Shown piece after piece: positions 39,570-53,900 of a DNA stretch of 64,000 bases. The translations under genes were made by a program, and so were the position numbers. Each line of letters opens with the position of its first letter. Positions within the stretch are counted from its first letter, which is position 1. Source of the stretch: Eledone cirrhosa (lineage: Eukaryota); the NCBI GenBank assembly GCA_964016885.1, contig OZ024744.1:2046001-2110000 (forward strand). Direction: 5' to 3'. Under the pieces are notes generated by a model. That model saw only the letters and a program-made list of their open reading frames with translations. It did not search any database and was not told where the DNA came from.

Positions 39570-42500
39570 TCTCTACCTTGTCTTCCCACAAAACGTCGTT
39601 CTTCACCAAGCTATCTTTCTCTACCTTGTCTTCCCTCAGAACTTCGTTCTTCAACAAGCTATCTTTCTCTACCTTGTCTTCCCCCAAAACTTCGTTCTTC
39701 ACCAAGCTATCTTTCTCTACAATGTCTTCCCCAAAACTTCGTTCTTCACCAAGCTATCTTTCTCTACCTTGTCTTCCCTCAAAACGTCGTTTTTCACCAA
39801 GCTATCTTTCTCTACCTTGTCTTCCCCCAAAACTTCGTTCTTCACCAAGCTATCTTTCTCTACCTTGTCTTCCCCCAAAACTTCGTTCTTCACCAAGCTA
39901 TCGTTCTCTACATTGTCTTCCCCAAAACTTCGTTCTTCACCAATCTATCTTTCTCTATCTTGTCTTCCCTCAAAACGTCGTTCTTCACCAAGCTATCTTT
40001 CTCTACCTTGTCTTCTCCCAAAACTTCGTTATTCACCAAGCTATCTTTCTCTACCTTGTCTTCCCTCAAAACTTCGTTCTTCACCAAGCTATCTTTCTCT
40101 ACCTTGTCTTCCCCCAAAACTTCGTTCTTCACCAAGCTATCTTTCTCTACATTGTCTTCCCCAAAACTTCGTTCTTCACCAAGCTATCTTTCTCTACCTT
40201 GTCTTCCCCCAAAACTTCGTTGTTCACCAAGCTATCTTTCTCTACCTTGTCTTCCCCCAAAACTTCGTTCTTCACCAAGCTATCTTTCTCTACCTTGTCT
40301 TCCCCCAAAACTTCGTTCTTCACCAAGCTATCTTTCTCTACCTTGTCTTCCCACAAAACTTCGTTCTTCACCAAGCTATCTTTCTCTACCTTGTCTTCCC
40401 ACAAAACGTCGTTCTTCACCAAGCTATCTTTCTCTACCTTGTCTTCCCCCAAAACTTCGTTCTTCACCAAGCTATCTTTCTCTACCTTGTCTTCCCCGAA
40501 AACTTCGTTCTTCACCAAGCTATCTTTCTCTACCTTGACTTCCCTCAAAACTTCGTTCTTCACCAAGCTATCTTTCTCGACCTTGTCTTCTCCCAAAACT
40601 TCGTTATTCACCAAGCTATCTTTCTCTACCTTGTCTTCCCTCAAAACTTCGTTCTTCACCAAGCTATCTTTATCTACCTTGTCTTCCCACAAAACGTCAT
40701 TCTTCACCAAGCTATCTTTCTCTACCTTGTCTTCCGTCAAAACTTCGTTCTTCACCAAGATATCTTTCTCTACCTTGTCTTCCCACAAAACGTCGTTCTT
40801 CACCAAGCTATCTTTATCTACCTTGTCTTCCCACAAAACGTCATTCTTCACCAAGCTATCTTTCTCTACCTTGTCTTCCGTCAAAACTTCGTTCTTCACC
40901 AAGATATCTTTCTCTACCTTGTCTTCCCACAAAACGTCGTTCTTCACCAAGCTATCTTTCTCTACCTTGTCTTCCCTCAGAACTTCGTTCTTCACCAAGC
41001 TATCTTTCTCTACATTGTCTTCCCCAAAACTTCGTTCTTCACCAATCTATCTTTCTCTACCTTGTCTTCCCTCAAAACGTCGTTCTTCACCAAGCTATCT
41101 TTCTCTACCTTGTCTTCTCCCAAAACTTCGTTATTCACCAAGCTATCTTTCTCTACCTTGTCTTCCCTCAAAACTTCGTTCTTCACCAAGCTATCTTTCT
41201 CTACCTTGTCTTCCCCCAAAACTTCATTCTTCACCAAGCTATCTTTCTCTACCTTGTCTCCCCCCAAAACTTCGTTCTTCACCAAGCTATCTTTCTCTAC
41301 CTTGTCTTCCCCCAAAACTTCGTTCTTCACCAAGCTATCTTTCTCTACCTTGTCTTCCCCCAAAACTTCGTTCTTCACCAAGTCATCTTTCTCTACCTTG
41401 TCATCCCTCAAAACTTCGTTCTTCACCAATCTATCTTTCTCTACCTTGTCTTCCCCCAAAACTACGTTCTTCACCAAGCTATCTTTCTCAAGCTTGTCTT
41501 CACACAAAACCTCGTTCTTCACCAAGCTATCTTTCTCTACCTTGTCTTCCCACAAAACGTCATTCTTCACCAAGCTATCTTTCTCTACCTTGTCTTCTCC
41601 CAAAACTTCGTTCTTCACCAAGCTATCTTTCTCTACCTTGTCTTCCCTCGGAACTTCGTTCTTCACCAAACAATCTTTCTCTACCTTGTCCTCCCCCAAA
41701 ACTTCGTTCTTCACCAAGCTATCTTTCTCTACCTTGTCTTCCCACAAAACGTCGTACTTCACCAAGCTATCTTTCTCTACCTTGTCTTCCCTCAGAACTT
41801 CGTTCTTCAACAAGCTATCTTTCTCTACCTTGTCTTCCCCCAAAACTTCGTTCTTCACCAAGCTATCTTTCTCTACATTGTCTTCCCCAAAACTTCGTTC
41901 TTCACCAAGCTATCTTTCTCTACCTTGTCTTCCCTCAAAACGTCGTTTTTCACCAAGCTATCTTTCTCTACCTTGTCTTCCCCCAAAACTTCGTTCTTCA
42001 CCAAGCTATCTTTCTCTACCTTGTCTTCCCCCAAAACTTCGTTCTTCACCAAGCTATCTTTCTCTACATTGTCTTCCCCAAAACTTCGTTCTTCACCAAT
42101 CTATCTTTCTCTACCTTGTCTTCCCTCAAAACGTCGTTCTTCACCAAGCTATCTTTCTCTACCTTGTCTTCTCCCAAAACTTCGTTATTCACCAAGCTAT
42201 CTTTCTCTACCTTGTCTTCCCTCAAAACTTCGTTCTTCACCAAGCTATCTTTCTCTACCTTGTCTTCCCCCAAAACTTCGTTCTTCACCAAGCTATCTTT
42301 CTCTACATTGTCTTCCCCAAAACTTCGTTCTTCACCAAGCTATCTTTCTCTACCTTGTCTTCCCCCAAAACTTCGTTGTTCACCAAGCTATCTTTCTCTA
42401 CCTTGTCTTCCCCCAAAACTTCGTTCTTCACCAAGCTATCTTTCTCTACCTTGTCTTCCCCCAAAACTTCGTTCTTCACCAAGCTATCTTTCTCTACCTT

Positions 42501-43340
42501 GTCTTCCCACAAAACTTCGTTCTTCAACGAGCTATCTTTCTCTACCTTGTCTTCCCACAAAACGTCGTTCTTCACCAAGCTATCTTTCTCTACCTTGTCT
42601 TCCCCCAAAACTTCGTTCTTCACCAAGCTATCTTTCTCTACCTTGTCTTCCCCGAAAACTTCGTTCTTCACCAAGCTATCTTTCTCTACCTTGACTTCCC
42701 TCAAAACTTCGTTCTTCACCAAGCTATCTTTCTCGACCTTGTCTTCTCCCAAAACTTCGTTATTCACCAAGCTATCTTTCTCTACCTTGTCTTCCCTCAA
42801 AACTTCGTTCTTCACCAAGCTATCTTTATCTACCTTGTCTTCCCACAAAACGTCATTCTTCACCAAGCTATCTTTCTCTACCTTGTCTTCCGTCAAAACT
42901 TCGTTCTTCACCAAGATATCTTTCTCTACCTTGTCTTCCCACAAAACGTCGTTCTTCACCAAGCTATCTTTATCTACCTTGTCTTCCCACAAAACGTCAT
43001 TCTTCACCAAGCTATCTTTCTCTACCTTGTCTTCCGTCAAAACTTCGTTCTTCACCAAGATATCTTTCTCTACCTTGTCTTCCCACAAAACGTCGTTCTT
43101 CACCAAGCTATCTTTCTCTACCTTGTCTTCCCTCAGAACTTCGTTCTTCACCAAGCTATCTTTCTCTACATTGTCTTCCCCAAAACTTCGTTCTTCACCA
43201 ATCTATCTTTCTCTACCTTGTCTTCCCTCAAAACGTCGTTCTTCACCAAGCTATCTTTCTCTACCTTGTCTTCTCCCAAAACTTCGTTATTCACCAAGCT
43301 ATCTTTCTCTACCTTGTCTTCCCTCAAAACTTCGTTCTTA
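39570..43340. repeat. Tandem duplication, period 2,156 bp (45 monomers)
   Basis: ORF pairs 39908/42064, 40147/42303 (offset 2156 = 45x48-4). Shared rare variants: ttcaacaag ~39650/41806 and ccttgact ~40533/42689. Confidence 0.85.
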
Positions 43341-43719
43341 ACCAAGCTATCTTTCTCTACATTGTCTTCCCCAAAACTTCGTTCTTCACCAAGCTATCTT
43401 TCTCTACCTTGTCTTCCCCCAAAACTTCGTTGTTCACCAAGCTATCTTTCTCTACCTTGTCTTCCCCCAAAACTTCGTTCTTCACCAAGCTATCTTTCTC
43501 TACCTTGTCTTCCCCCAAAACTTCGTTCTTCACCAAGCTATCTTTCTCTACCTTGTCTTCCCACAAAACTTCGTTCTTCACCAAGCTATCTTTCTCTACC
43601 TTGTCTTCCCACAAAACGTCGTTCTTCACCAAGCTATCTTTCTCTACCTTGTCTTCCCCCAAAACTTCGTTCTTCACCAAGCTATCTTTCTCTACCTTGT
43701 CTTCCCCGAAAACTTCGTT

Positions 43720-46700
43720 CTTCACCAAGCTATCTTTCTCTACCTTGACTTCCCTCAAAACTTCGTTCTTCACCAAGCTATCTTTCTCGACCTTGTCTTC
43801 TCCCAAAACTTCGTTATTCACCAAGCTATCTTTCTCTACCTTGTCTTCCCTCAAAACTTCGTTCTTCACCAAGCTATCTTTATCTACCTTTTCTTCCCAC
43901 AAAACGTCATTCTTCACCAAGCTATCTTTCTCTACCTTGTCTTCCGTCAAAACTTCGTTCTTCACCAAGATATCTTTCTCTACCTTGGCTTCCCACAAAA
44001 CGTCGTTCTTCACCAAGCTATCTTTCTCTACCTTGTCTTCCCTCAGAACTTCGTTCTTCACCAAGCTATCTTTCTCTACATTGTCTTCCCCAAAACTTCG
44101 TTCTTCACCAAGCTATCTTTCTCTACCTTGTCTTCCCTCAAAACGTCGTTTTTCACCAAGCTATCTTTCTCTACCTTGTCTTCCCCCAAAACTTCGTTCT
44201 TCACCAAGCTATCTTTCTCTACCTTGTCTTCCCCCAAAACTTCGTTCTTCACCAAGCTATCTTTCTCTACATTGTCTTCCCCAAAACTTCGTTCTTCACC
44301 AAGCTATCTTTCTCTACCTTGTCTTCCCTCAAAACGTCGTTCTTCACCAAGCTATCTTTATCTACCTTGTCTTCTCCCAAAACTTCGTTATTCACCAAGC
44401 TATCTTTCTCTACCTTGTCTTCCCTCAAAACTTCGTTCTTCACCAAGCTATCTTTCTCTACCTTGTCTTCCCCCAAAACTTCGTTCTTCACCAAGCTATC
44501 TTTCTCTACATTGTCTTCCCCAAAACTTCGTTCTTCACCAAGCTATCTTTCTCTACCTTGTCTTCCCCCAAAACTTCGTTCTTCACCAAGCTATCTTTCT
44601 CTACCTTGTCTTCCCCCAAAACTTCGTTCTTCACCAAGCTATCTTTCTCTACCTTGTCTTCCCCCAAAACTTCGTTCTTCACCAAGCTATCTTTCTCTAC
44701 CTTGTCTTCCCACAAAACTTCGTTCTTCACCAAGCTATCTTTCTCTACCTTGTCTTCCCACAAAACGTCGTTCTTCACCAAGCTATCTTTCTCTACCTTG
44801 TCTTCCCTCAAAACTTCGTTCTTCACCAAGCTATCTTTCTCTACCTTGTCTTCCCCCAAAACTTCGTTCTTCACCAAGCTATCTTTCTCTACCTTGTCTT
44901 CCCCGAAAACTTCGTTCTTCACCAAGCTATCTTTCTCTACCTTGTCTTCCCTCAAAACATCGTTCTTCACCAAGCTATCTTTCTCGACCTTGTCTTCTCC
45001 CAAAACTTCGTTATTCACCAAGCTATCTTTCTCTACCTTGTCTTCCCTCAAAACTTCGTTCTTCACCAAGCTATCTTTATCTACCTTGTCTTCCCACAAA
45101 ACGTCATTCTTCACCAAGCTATCTTTCTCTACCTTGTGTTCCGTCAAAACTTCGTTCTTCACCAAGATATCTTTCTCTACCTTGTCTTCCCACAAAACGT
45201 CGTTCTTCACCAAGCTATCTTTCTCTACCTTGTCTTCCCCTAAAACTTCGTTCTTCACCAAGCTATCTTTCTCTACCTTGTCTTCCCCCAAAACTTCGTT
45301 CTTCACCAAGCTATCTTTCTCTACCTTGTCTTCCCCCAAAACTTCGTTCTTCACCAAGCTATATTTCTCTACCTTGTCTTCCCACAAAACTTCGTTCTTC
45401 ACCAAGCTATCTTTCTCTACCTTGTCTTCCCCCAAAACTTCGTTCTTCACCAAGCTATCTTTCTCTACATTGTCTTCCCCAAAACTTCGTTCTTCACCAA
45501 GCTATCTTTCTCTACCTTGTCTTCCCTCAAAACGTCGTTCTTCACCAAGCTATCTTTCTCTACCTTGTCTTCTCCCAAAACTTCGTTCTTCACCAAGCTA
45601 TCTTTCTCTACCGTGTCTTCCCACAAAACGTCGTTCTTCACCAAGCTATCTTTCTCTACCTTGTCTTCCCTCAAAACTTCGTTCTTCACCAAGCTATCTT
45701 TCTCTACCTTGTCTTCCCTCAAAACGTCGTTCTTCACCAAGCTATCTTTCTCTACCTTGTCTTCTCCCAAAACTTCGTTATTCACCAAGCTATCTTTCTC
45801 TACCTTGTCTTCCCTCAAAACTTCGTTCTTCACCAAGCTATCTTTCTCTACCTTGTCTTCCCCCAAAACTTCGTTGTTCACCAAGCTATCTTTCTCTACC
45901 TTGTCTTCCCCCAAAACTTCGTTCTTCACCAAGCTATCTTTCTCTACCTTGTCTTCCCCCAAAACTTCGTTCTTCACCAAGCTATCTTTCTCTACCTTGT
46001 CTTCCCACAAAACTTCGTTCTTCACCAAGCTATCTTTCTCTACCTTGTCTTCCCACAAAACGTCGTTCTTCACCAAGCTATCTTTCTCTACCTTGTCTTC
46101 CCTCAAAACTTCGTTCTTCACCAAGCTATCTTTCTCTACCTTGTCTTCCCCCAAAACTTCGTTCTTCACCAAGCTATCTTTCTCTACCTTGTCTTCCCCC
46201 AAAACTTCGTTCTTCACCAAGCTATCTTTCTCTACCTTGTCTTCCCTCAAAACTTCGTTCTTCACCAAGCTATCTTTCTCGACCTTGTCTTCTCCCAAAA
46301 CTTCGTTATTCACCAAGCTATCTTTCTCTACCTTGTCTTCCCACAAAACTTCGTTCTTCACCAAGCTATCTTTCTCTACCTTGTCTTCCCACAAAACGTC
46401 GTTCTTCACCAAGCTATCTTTCTCTACCTTGTCTTCCCTCAAAACTTCGTTCTTCACCAAGCTATCTTTCTCTACATTGTCTTCCCCAAAACTTCGTTCT
46501 TCACCAAGCTATCTTTCTCTACCTTGTCTTCCCCCAAAACTTCGTTCTTCACCAAGCTATCTTTCTCTACCTTGTCTTCCCCCAAAACTTCGTTCTTCAC
46601 CAAGCTATCTTTCTCTACCTTGTCTTCCCCCAAAACTTCGTTCTTCACCAAGCTATCTTTCTCTACCTTGTCTTCCCACAAAACTTCGTTCTTCACCAAG

Positions 46701-49700
46701 CTATCTTTCTCTACCTTGTCTTCCCACAAAACGTCGTTCTTCACCAAGCTATCTTCCTCTACCTTGTCTTCCCTCAAAACTTCGTTCTTCACCAAGCTAT
46801 CTTTCTCTACCTTGTCTTCCCCCAAAACTTCGTTCTTCACCAAGCTATCTTTCTCTACCTTGTCTTCCCCGAAAACTTCGTTCTTCACCAAGCTATCTTT
46901 CTCTACCTTGTCTTCCCTCAAAACATCGTTCTTCACCAAGCTATCTTTCTCGACCTTGTCTTCTCCCAAAACTTCGTTATTCACCAAGCTATCTTTCTCT
47001 ACCTTGTCTTCCCTCAAAACTTCGTTCTTCACCAAGCTATCTTTATCTACCTTGTCTTCCCACAAAACGTCATTCTTCACCAAGCTATCTTTCTCTACCT
47101 TGTGTTCCGTCAAAACTTCGTTCTTCACCAAGATATCTTTCTCTACCTTGTCTTCCCACAAAACGTCGTTCTTCACCAAGCTATCTTTCTCTACCTTGTC
47201 TTCCCCCAAAACTTCGTTCTTCACCAAGCTATCTTTCTCTACCTTGTCTTCCCCCAAAACTTCGTTCTTCACCAAGCTATATTTCTCTACCTTGTCTTCC
47301 CACAAAACTTCGTTCTTCACCAAGCTATCTTTCTCTACCTTGTCTTCCCCCAAAACTTCGTTCTTCACCAAGCTATCTTTCTCTACATTGTCTTCCCCAA
47401 AACTTCGTTCTTCACCAAGCTATCTTTCTCTACCTTGACTTCCCTCAAAACTTCGTTCTTCACCAAGCTATCTTTCTCGACCTTGTCTTCTCCCAAAACT
47501 TCGTTATTCACCAAGCTATCTTTCTCTACCTTGTCTTCCCTCAAAACTTCGTTCTTCACCAAGCTATCTTTATCTACCTTTTCTTCCCACAAAACGTCAT
47601 TCTTCACCAAGCTATCTTTCTCTACCTTGTCTTCCGTCAAAACTTCGTTCTTCACCAAGATATCTTTCTCTACCTTGTCTTCCCACAAAACGTCGTTCTT
47701 CACCAAGCTATCTTTCTCTACCTTGTCTTCCCTCAGAACTTCGTTCTTCACCAAGCTATCTTTCTCTACATTGTCTTCCCCAAAACTTCGTTCTTCACCA
47801 AGCTATCTTTCTCTACCTTGTCTTCCCTCAAAACGTCGTTTTTCACCAAGCTATCTTTCTCTACCTTGTCTTCCCCCAAAACTTCGTTCTTCACCAAGCT
47901 ATCTTTCTCTACCTTGTCTTCCCCCAAAACTTCGTTCTTCACCAAGCTATCTTTCTCTACATTGTCTTCCCCAAAACTTCGTTCTTCACCAAGCTATCTT
48001 TCTCTACCTTGTCTTCCCTCAAAACGTCGTTCTTCACCAAGCTATCTTTATCTACCTTGTCTTCCCTCAAAACTTCGTTCTTCACCAAGCTATCTTTCTC
48101 TACCTTGTCTTCCCCCAAAACTTCGTTCTTCACCAAGCTATCTTTCTCTACATTGTCTTCCCCAAAACTTCGTTCTTCACCAAGCTATCTTTCTCTACCT
48201 TGTCTTCCCCCAAAACTTCGTTCTTCACCAAGCTATCTTTCTCTACCTTGTCTTCCCCCAAAACTTCGTTCTTCACCAAGCTATCTTTCTCTACCTTGTC
48301 TTCCCCCAAAACTTCGTTCTTCACCAAGCTATCTTTCTCTACCTTGTCTTCCCACAAAACTTCGTTCTTCACCAAGCTATCTTTCTCTACCTTGTCTTCC
48401 CACAAAACGTCGTTCTTCACCAAGCTATCTTTCTCTACCTTGTCTTCCCTCAAAACTTCGTTCTTCACCAAGCTATCTTTCTCTACCTTGTCTTCCCCCA
48501 AAACTTCGTTCTTCACCAAGCTATCTTTCTCTACCTTGTCTTCCCCGAAAACTTCGTTCTTCACCAAGCTATCTTTCTCTACCTTGTCTTCCCTCAAAAC
48601 ATCGTTCTTCACCAAGCTATCTTTCTCGACCTTGTCTTCTCCCAAAACTTCGTTATTCACCAAGCTATCTTTCTCTACCTTGTCTTCCCTCAAAACTTCG
48701 TTCTTCACCAAGCTATCTTTATCTACCTTGTCTTCCCACAAAACGTCATTCTTCACCAAGCTATCTTTCTCTACCTTGTGTTCCGTCAAAACTTCGTTCT
48801 TCACCAAGATATCTTTCTCTACCTTGTCTTCCCACAAAACGTCGTTCTTCACCAAGCTATCTTTCTCTACCTTGTCTTCCCCTAAAACTTCGTTCTTCAC
48901 CAAGCTATCTTTCTCTACCTTGTCTTCCCCCAAAACTTCGTTCTTCACCAAGCTATCTTTCTCTACCTTGTCTTCCCCCAAAACTTCGTTCTTCACCAAG
49001 CTATATTTCTCTACCTTGTCTTCCCACAAAACTTCGTTCTTCACCAAGCTATCTTTCTCTACCTTGTCTTCCCCCAAAACTTCGTTCTTCACCAAGCTAT
49101 CTTTCTCTACATTGTCTTCCCCAAAACTTCGTTCTTCACCAAGCTATCTTTCTCTACCTTGTCTTCCCTCAAAACGTCGTTCTTCACCAAGCTATCTTTC
49201 TCTACCTTGTCTTCTCCCAAAACTTCGTTCTTCACCAAGCTATCTTTCTCTACCGTGTCTTCCCACAAAACGTCGTTCTTCACCAAGCTATCTTTCTCTA
49301 CCTTGTCTTCCCTCAAAACTTCGTTCTTCACCAAGCTATCTTTCTCTACCTTGTCTTCCCTCAAAACGTCGTTCTTCACCAAGCTATCTTTCTCTACCTT
49401 GTCTTCTCCCAAAACTTCGTTATTCACCAAGCTATCTTTCTCTACCTTGTCTTCCCTCAAAACTTCGTTCTTCACCAAGCTATCTTTCTCTACCTTGTCT
49501 TCCCCCAAAACTTCGTTGTTCACCAAGCTATCTTTCTCTACCTTGTCTTCCCCCAAAACTTCGTTCTTCACCAAGCTATCTTTCTCTACCTTGTCTTCCC
49601 CCAAAACTTCGTTCTTCACCAAGCTATCTTTCTCTACCTTGTCTTCCCACAAAACTTCGTTCTTCACCAAGCTATCTTTCTCTACCTTGTCTTCCCACAA

Positions 49701-50900
49701 AACGTCGTTCTTCACCAAGCTATCTTTCTCTACCTTGTCTTCCCTCAAAACTTCGTTCTTCACCAAGCTATCTTTCTCTACCTTGTCTTCCCCCAAAACT
49801 TCGTTCTTCACCAAGCTATCTTTCTCTACCTTGTCTTCCCCCAAAACTTCGTTCTTCACCAAGCTATCTTTCTCTACCTTGTCTTCCCTCAAAACTTCGT
49901 TCTTCACCAAGCTATCTTTCTCGACCTTGTCTTCTCCCAAAACTTCGTTATTCACCAAGCTATCTTTCTCTACCTTGTCTTCCCACAAAACTTCGTTCTT
50001 CACCAAGCTATCTTTCTCTACCTTGTCTTCCCACAAAACGTCGTTCTTCACCAAGCTATCTTTCTCTACCTTGTCTTCCCTCAAAACTTCGTTCTTCACC
50101 AAGCTATCTTTCTCTACATTGTCTTCCCCAAAACTTCGTTCTTCACCAAGCTATCTTTCTCTACCTTGTCTTCCCCCAAAACTTCGTTCTTCACCAAGCT
50201 ATCTTTCTCTACCTTGTCTTCCCCCAAAACTTCGTTCTTCACCAAGCTATCTTTCTCTACCTTGTCTTCCCCCAAAACTTCGTTCTTCACCAAGCTATCT
50301 TTCTCTACCTTGTCTTCCCACAAAACTTCGTTCTTCACCAAGCTATCTTTCTCTACCTTGTCTTCCCACAAAACGTCGTTCTTCACCAAGCTATCTTCCT
50401 CTACCTTGTCTTCCCTCAAAACTTCGTTCTTCACCAAGCTATCTTTCTCTACCTTGTCTTCCCCCAAAACTTCGTTCTTCACCAAGCTATCTTTCTCTAC
50501 CTTGTCTTCCCCGAAAACTTCGTTCTTCACCAAGCTATCTTTCTCTACCTTGTCTTCCCTCAAAACATCGTTCTTCACCAAGCTATCTTTCTCGACCTTG
50601 TCTTCTCCCAAAACTTCGTTATTCACCAAGCTATCTTTCTCTACCTTGTCTTCCCTCAAAACTTCGTTCTTCACCAAGCTATCTTTATCTACCTTGTCTT
50701 CCCACAAAACGTCATTCTTCACCAAGCTATCTTTCTCTACCTTGTGTTCCGTCAAAACTTCGTTCTTCACCAAGATATCTTTCTCTACCTTGTCTTCCCA
50801 CAAAACGTCGTTCTTCACCAAGCTATCTTTCTCTACCTTGTCTTCCCCCAAAACTTCGTTCTTCACCAAGCTATCTTTCTCTACCTTGTCTTCCCCCAAA
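43720..50900. repeat. Tandem duplication, period ~3.65-3.7 kb (76-77 monomers)
   Basis: ORF pairs 44506/48148, 45465/49107 and 46472/50114 have offset 3642 = 76x48-6. The upstream part is offset 3690 (taccttgact at 43741/47431), i.e. one monomer was lost near 48060 in the second copy. Confidence 0.88.
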
Positions 50901-53900
50901 ACTTCGTTCTTCACCAAGCTATCTTTCTCTACATTGTCTTCCCCAAAACTTCGTTCTTCACCAAGCTATCTTTCTCTACCTTGTCTTCCCCCAAAACTTC
51001 GTTCTTCACCAAGCTATATTTCTCTACCTTGTCTTCCCACAAAACTTCGTTCTTCACCAAGCTATCTTTCTCTACCTTGTCTTCCCCCAAAACTTCGTTC
51101 TTCACCAAGCTATCTTTCTCTACATTGTCTTCCCCAAAACTTCGTTCTTCACCAAGCTATCTTTCTCTACCTTGTCTTCCCTCAAAACGTCGTTCTTCAC
51201 CAAGCTATCTTTCTCTACCTTGTCTTCTCCCAAAACTTCGTTCTTCACCAAGCTATCTTTCTCTACCGTGTCTTCCCACAAAACGTCGTTCTTCACCAAG
51301 CTATCTTTCTCTACCTTGTCTTCCCTCAAAACTTCGTTCTTCACCAAGCTATCTTTCTCTACCTTGTCTTCCCTCAAAACGTCGTTCTTCACCAAGCTAT
51401 CTTTCTCTACCTTGTCTTCTCCCAAAACTTCGTTATTCAACAAGCTATCTTTCTCTACCTTGTCTTCCCTCAAAACTTCGTTCTTCACCAAGCTATCTTT
51501 CTCTACCTTGTCTTCCCCCAAAACTTCGTTGTTCACCAAGCTATCTTTCTCTACCTTGTCTTCCCCCAAAACTTCGTTCTTCACCAAGCTATCTTTCTCT
51601 ACCTTATCTTCCCCCAAAACTTCGTTCTTCACCAAGCTATCTTTCTCTACCTTGTCTTCCCACAAAACTTCGTTCTTCACCAAGCTATCTTTCTCTACCT
51701 TGTCTTCCCACAAAACGTCGTTCTTCACCAAGCTATCTTTCTCTACCTTGTCTTCCCTCAAAACTTCGTTCTTCACCAAGCTATCTTTCTCTACCTTGTC
51801 TTCCCCCAAAACTTCGTTCTTCACCAAGCTATCTTTCTCTACCTTGTCTTCCCCCAAAACTTCGTTCTTCACCAAGCTATCTTTCTCTACCTTGTCTTCC
51901 CTCAAAACTTCGTTCTTCACCAAGCTATCTTTCTCGACCTTGTCTTCTCCCAAAACTTCGTTATTCACCAAGCTATCTTTCTCTACCTTGTCTTCCCACA
52001 AAACTTCGTTCTTCACCAAGCTATCTTTCTCTACCTTGTCTTCCCACAAAACGTCGTTCTTCACCAAGCTATCTTTCTCTACCTTGTCTTCCCTCAAAAC
52101 TTCGTTCTTCACCAAGCTATCTTTCTCTACCTTGTCTTCCCTCAAAACGTCGTTCTTCACCAAGCTATCTTTCTCTACCTTGTCTTCTCCCAAAATTCGT
52201 TATTCACCAAGCTATCTTTCTCTACCTTGTCTTCCCTCAAAACTTCGTTCTTCACCAAGCTATCTTTCTCTACCTTGTCTTCCCCCAAAACTTCGTTGTT
52301 CACCAAGCTGTCTTTCTCTACCTTGTCATCCCTCAAAACTTCGTTCTTCACCAATCTATCTTTCTCTACCTTGTCTTCCCCCAAAACTACGTTCTTCACC
52401 AAGCTATCTTTCTCTAGCTTGTCTTCACACAAAACCTCGTTCTTCACCAAGCTATCTTTCTCTACCTTGTCTTCCCACAAAACGTCATTCTTCACCAAGC
52501 TATCTTTCTCTACCTTGTCTTCTCCCAAAACTTCGTTCTTCACCAAGCTATCTTTCTCTACCTTGTCTTCCCTCAGAACTTCGTTCTTCACCAAGCAATC
52601 TTTCTCTACCTTGTCCTCCCCCAAAACTTCGTTCTTCACCAAGCTATCTTTCTCTACCTTGTCTTCCCCCAAAACTTCGTTCTTCGCAAGCTATCTTTCT
52701 CTACCTTGTCTTCCCTCAAATCTTCGTTCTTCACCAAGCTATCTTTCTCTACCTTGTCTTCCCCCAAAACTTCGTTCTTCACCAAGCTATCTTTCTCTAC
52801 ATTGTCTTCCCCAAAACTTCGTTCTTCACCAAGCTATCTTTCTCTACCTTGTCTTCCCCCAAAACTTCGTTCTTCACCAAGCTATCTTTCTCTACCTTGT
52901 CTTCCCCAAAACTTCGTTCTTCACCAAGCTATCTTTCTCTACCTTGTCTTCCCACAAAACTTCGTTCTTCACCAAGCTATCTTTCTCTACCTTGTCTTCC
53001 CACAAAACGTCGTTCTTCACCAAGCTATCTTTCTCTACCTTGTCTTCCCTCAAAACTTCGTTCTTCACCAAGCTATCTTTCTCTACCTTGTCTTCCCCCA
53101 AAACTTCGTTCTTCACCAAGCTATCTTTCTCTACCTTGTCTTCCCCCAAAACTTCGTTCTTCATCAAGCTATCTTTCTCTACCTTGTCTTCCCCCAAAAC
53201 TTCGTTCTTCACCAAGCTATCTTTTTCTACCTTGTCTTCCCCCAAAACTTCGTTCTTCACCAAGCTATCTTTCTCTACCTTGTCTTCCCACAAAACTTCG
53301 TTCTTCACCAAGCTATCTTTATCTACCTTGTCTTCCCACAAAAAGGCATTCTTCACCAAGCTATCTTTCTCTACCTTGTCTTCCGTCAAAACTTCGTTCT
53401 TCACCAAGATATCTTTCTCTACCTTGTCTTCCCACAAAACGTCGTTCTTCACCAAGCTATCTTTCTCTACCTTGTCTTCCCTCAGAACTTCGTTCTTCAC
53501 CAAGCTATCTTTCTCTACCTTGTCTTCCCCCAAAACTTCGTTCTTCACCAAGCTATCTTTCTCTACATTGTCTTCCCCAAAACTTCGTTCTTCACCAAGC
53601 TATCTTTCTCTACCTTGTCTTCCCTCAAAACGTCGTTTTTCACCAAGCTATCTTTCTCTACATTGTCTTCCCCCAAAACTTCGTTCTTCACCAAGCTATC
53701 TTTCTCTACCTTGTCTTCCCCCAAAACTTCGTTCTTCACCAAGCTATCTTTCTCTACATTGTCTTCCCCAAAACTTCGTTCTTCACCAAGCTATCTTTCT
53801 CTACCTTGTCTTCCCTCAAAACGTCGTTCTTCACCAAGCTATCTTTCTCTACCTTGTTTTCTCCCAAAACTTCGTTATTCACCAAGCTATCTTTCTCTAC

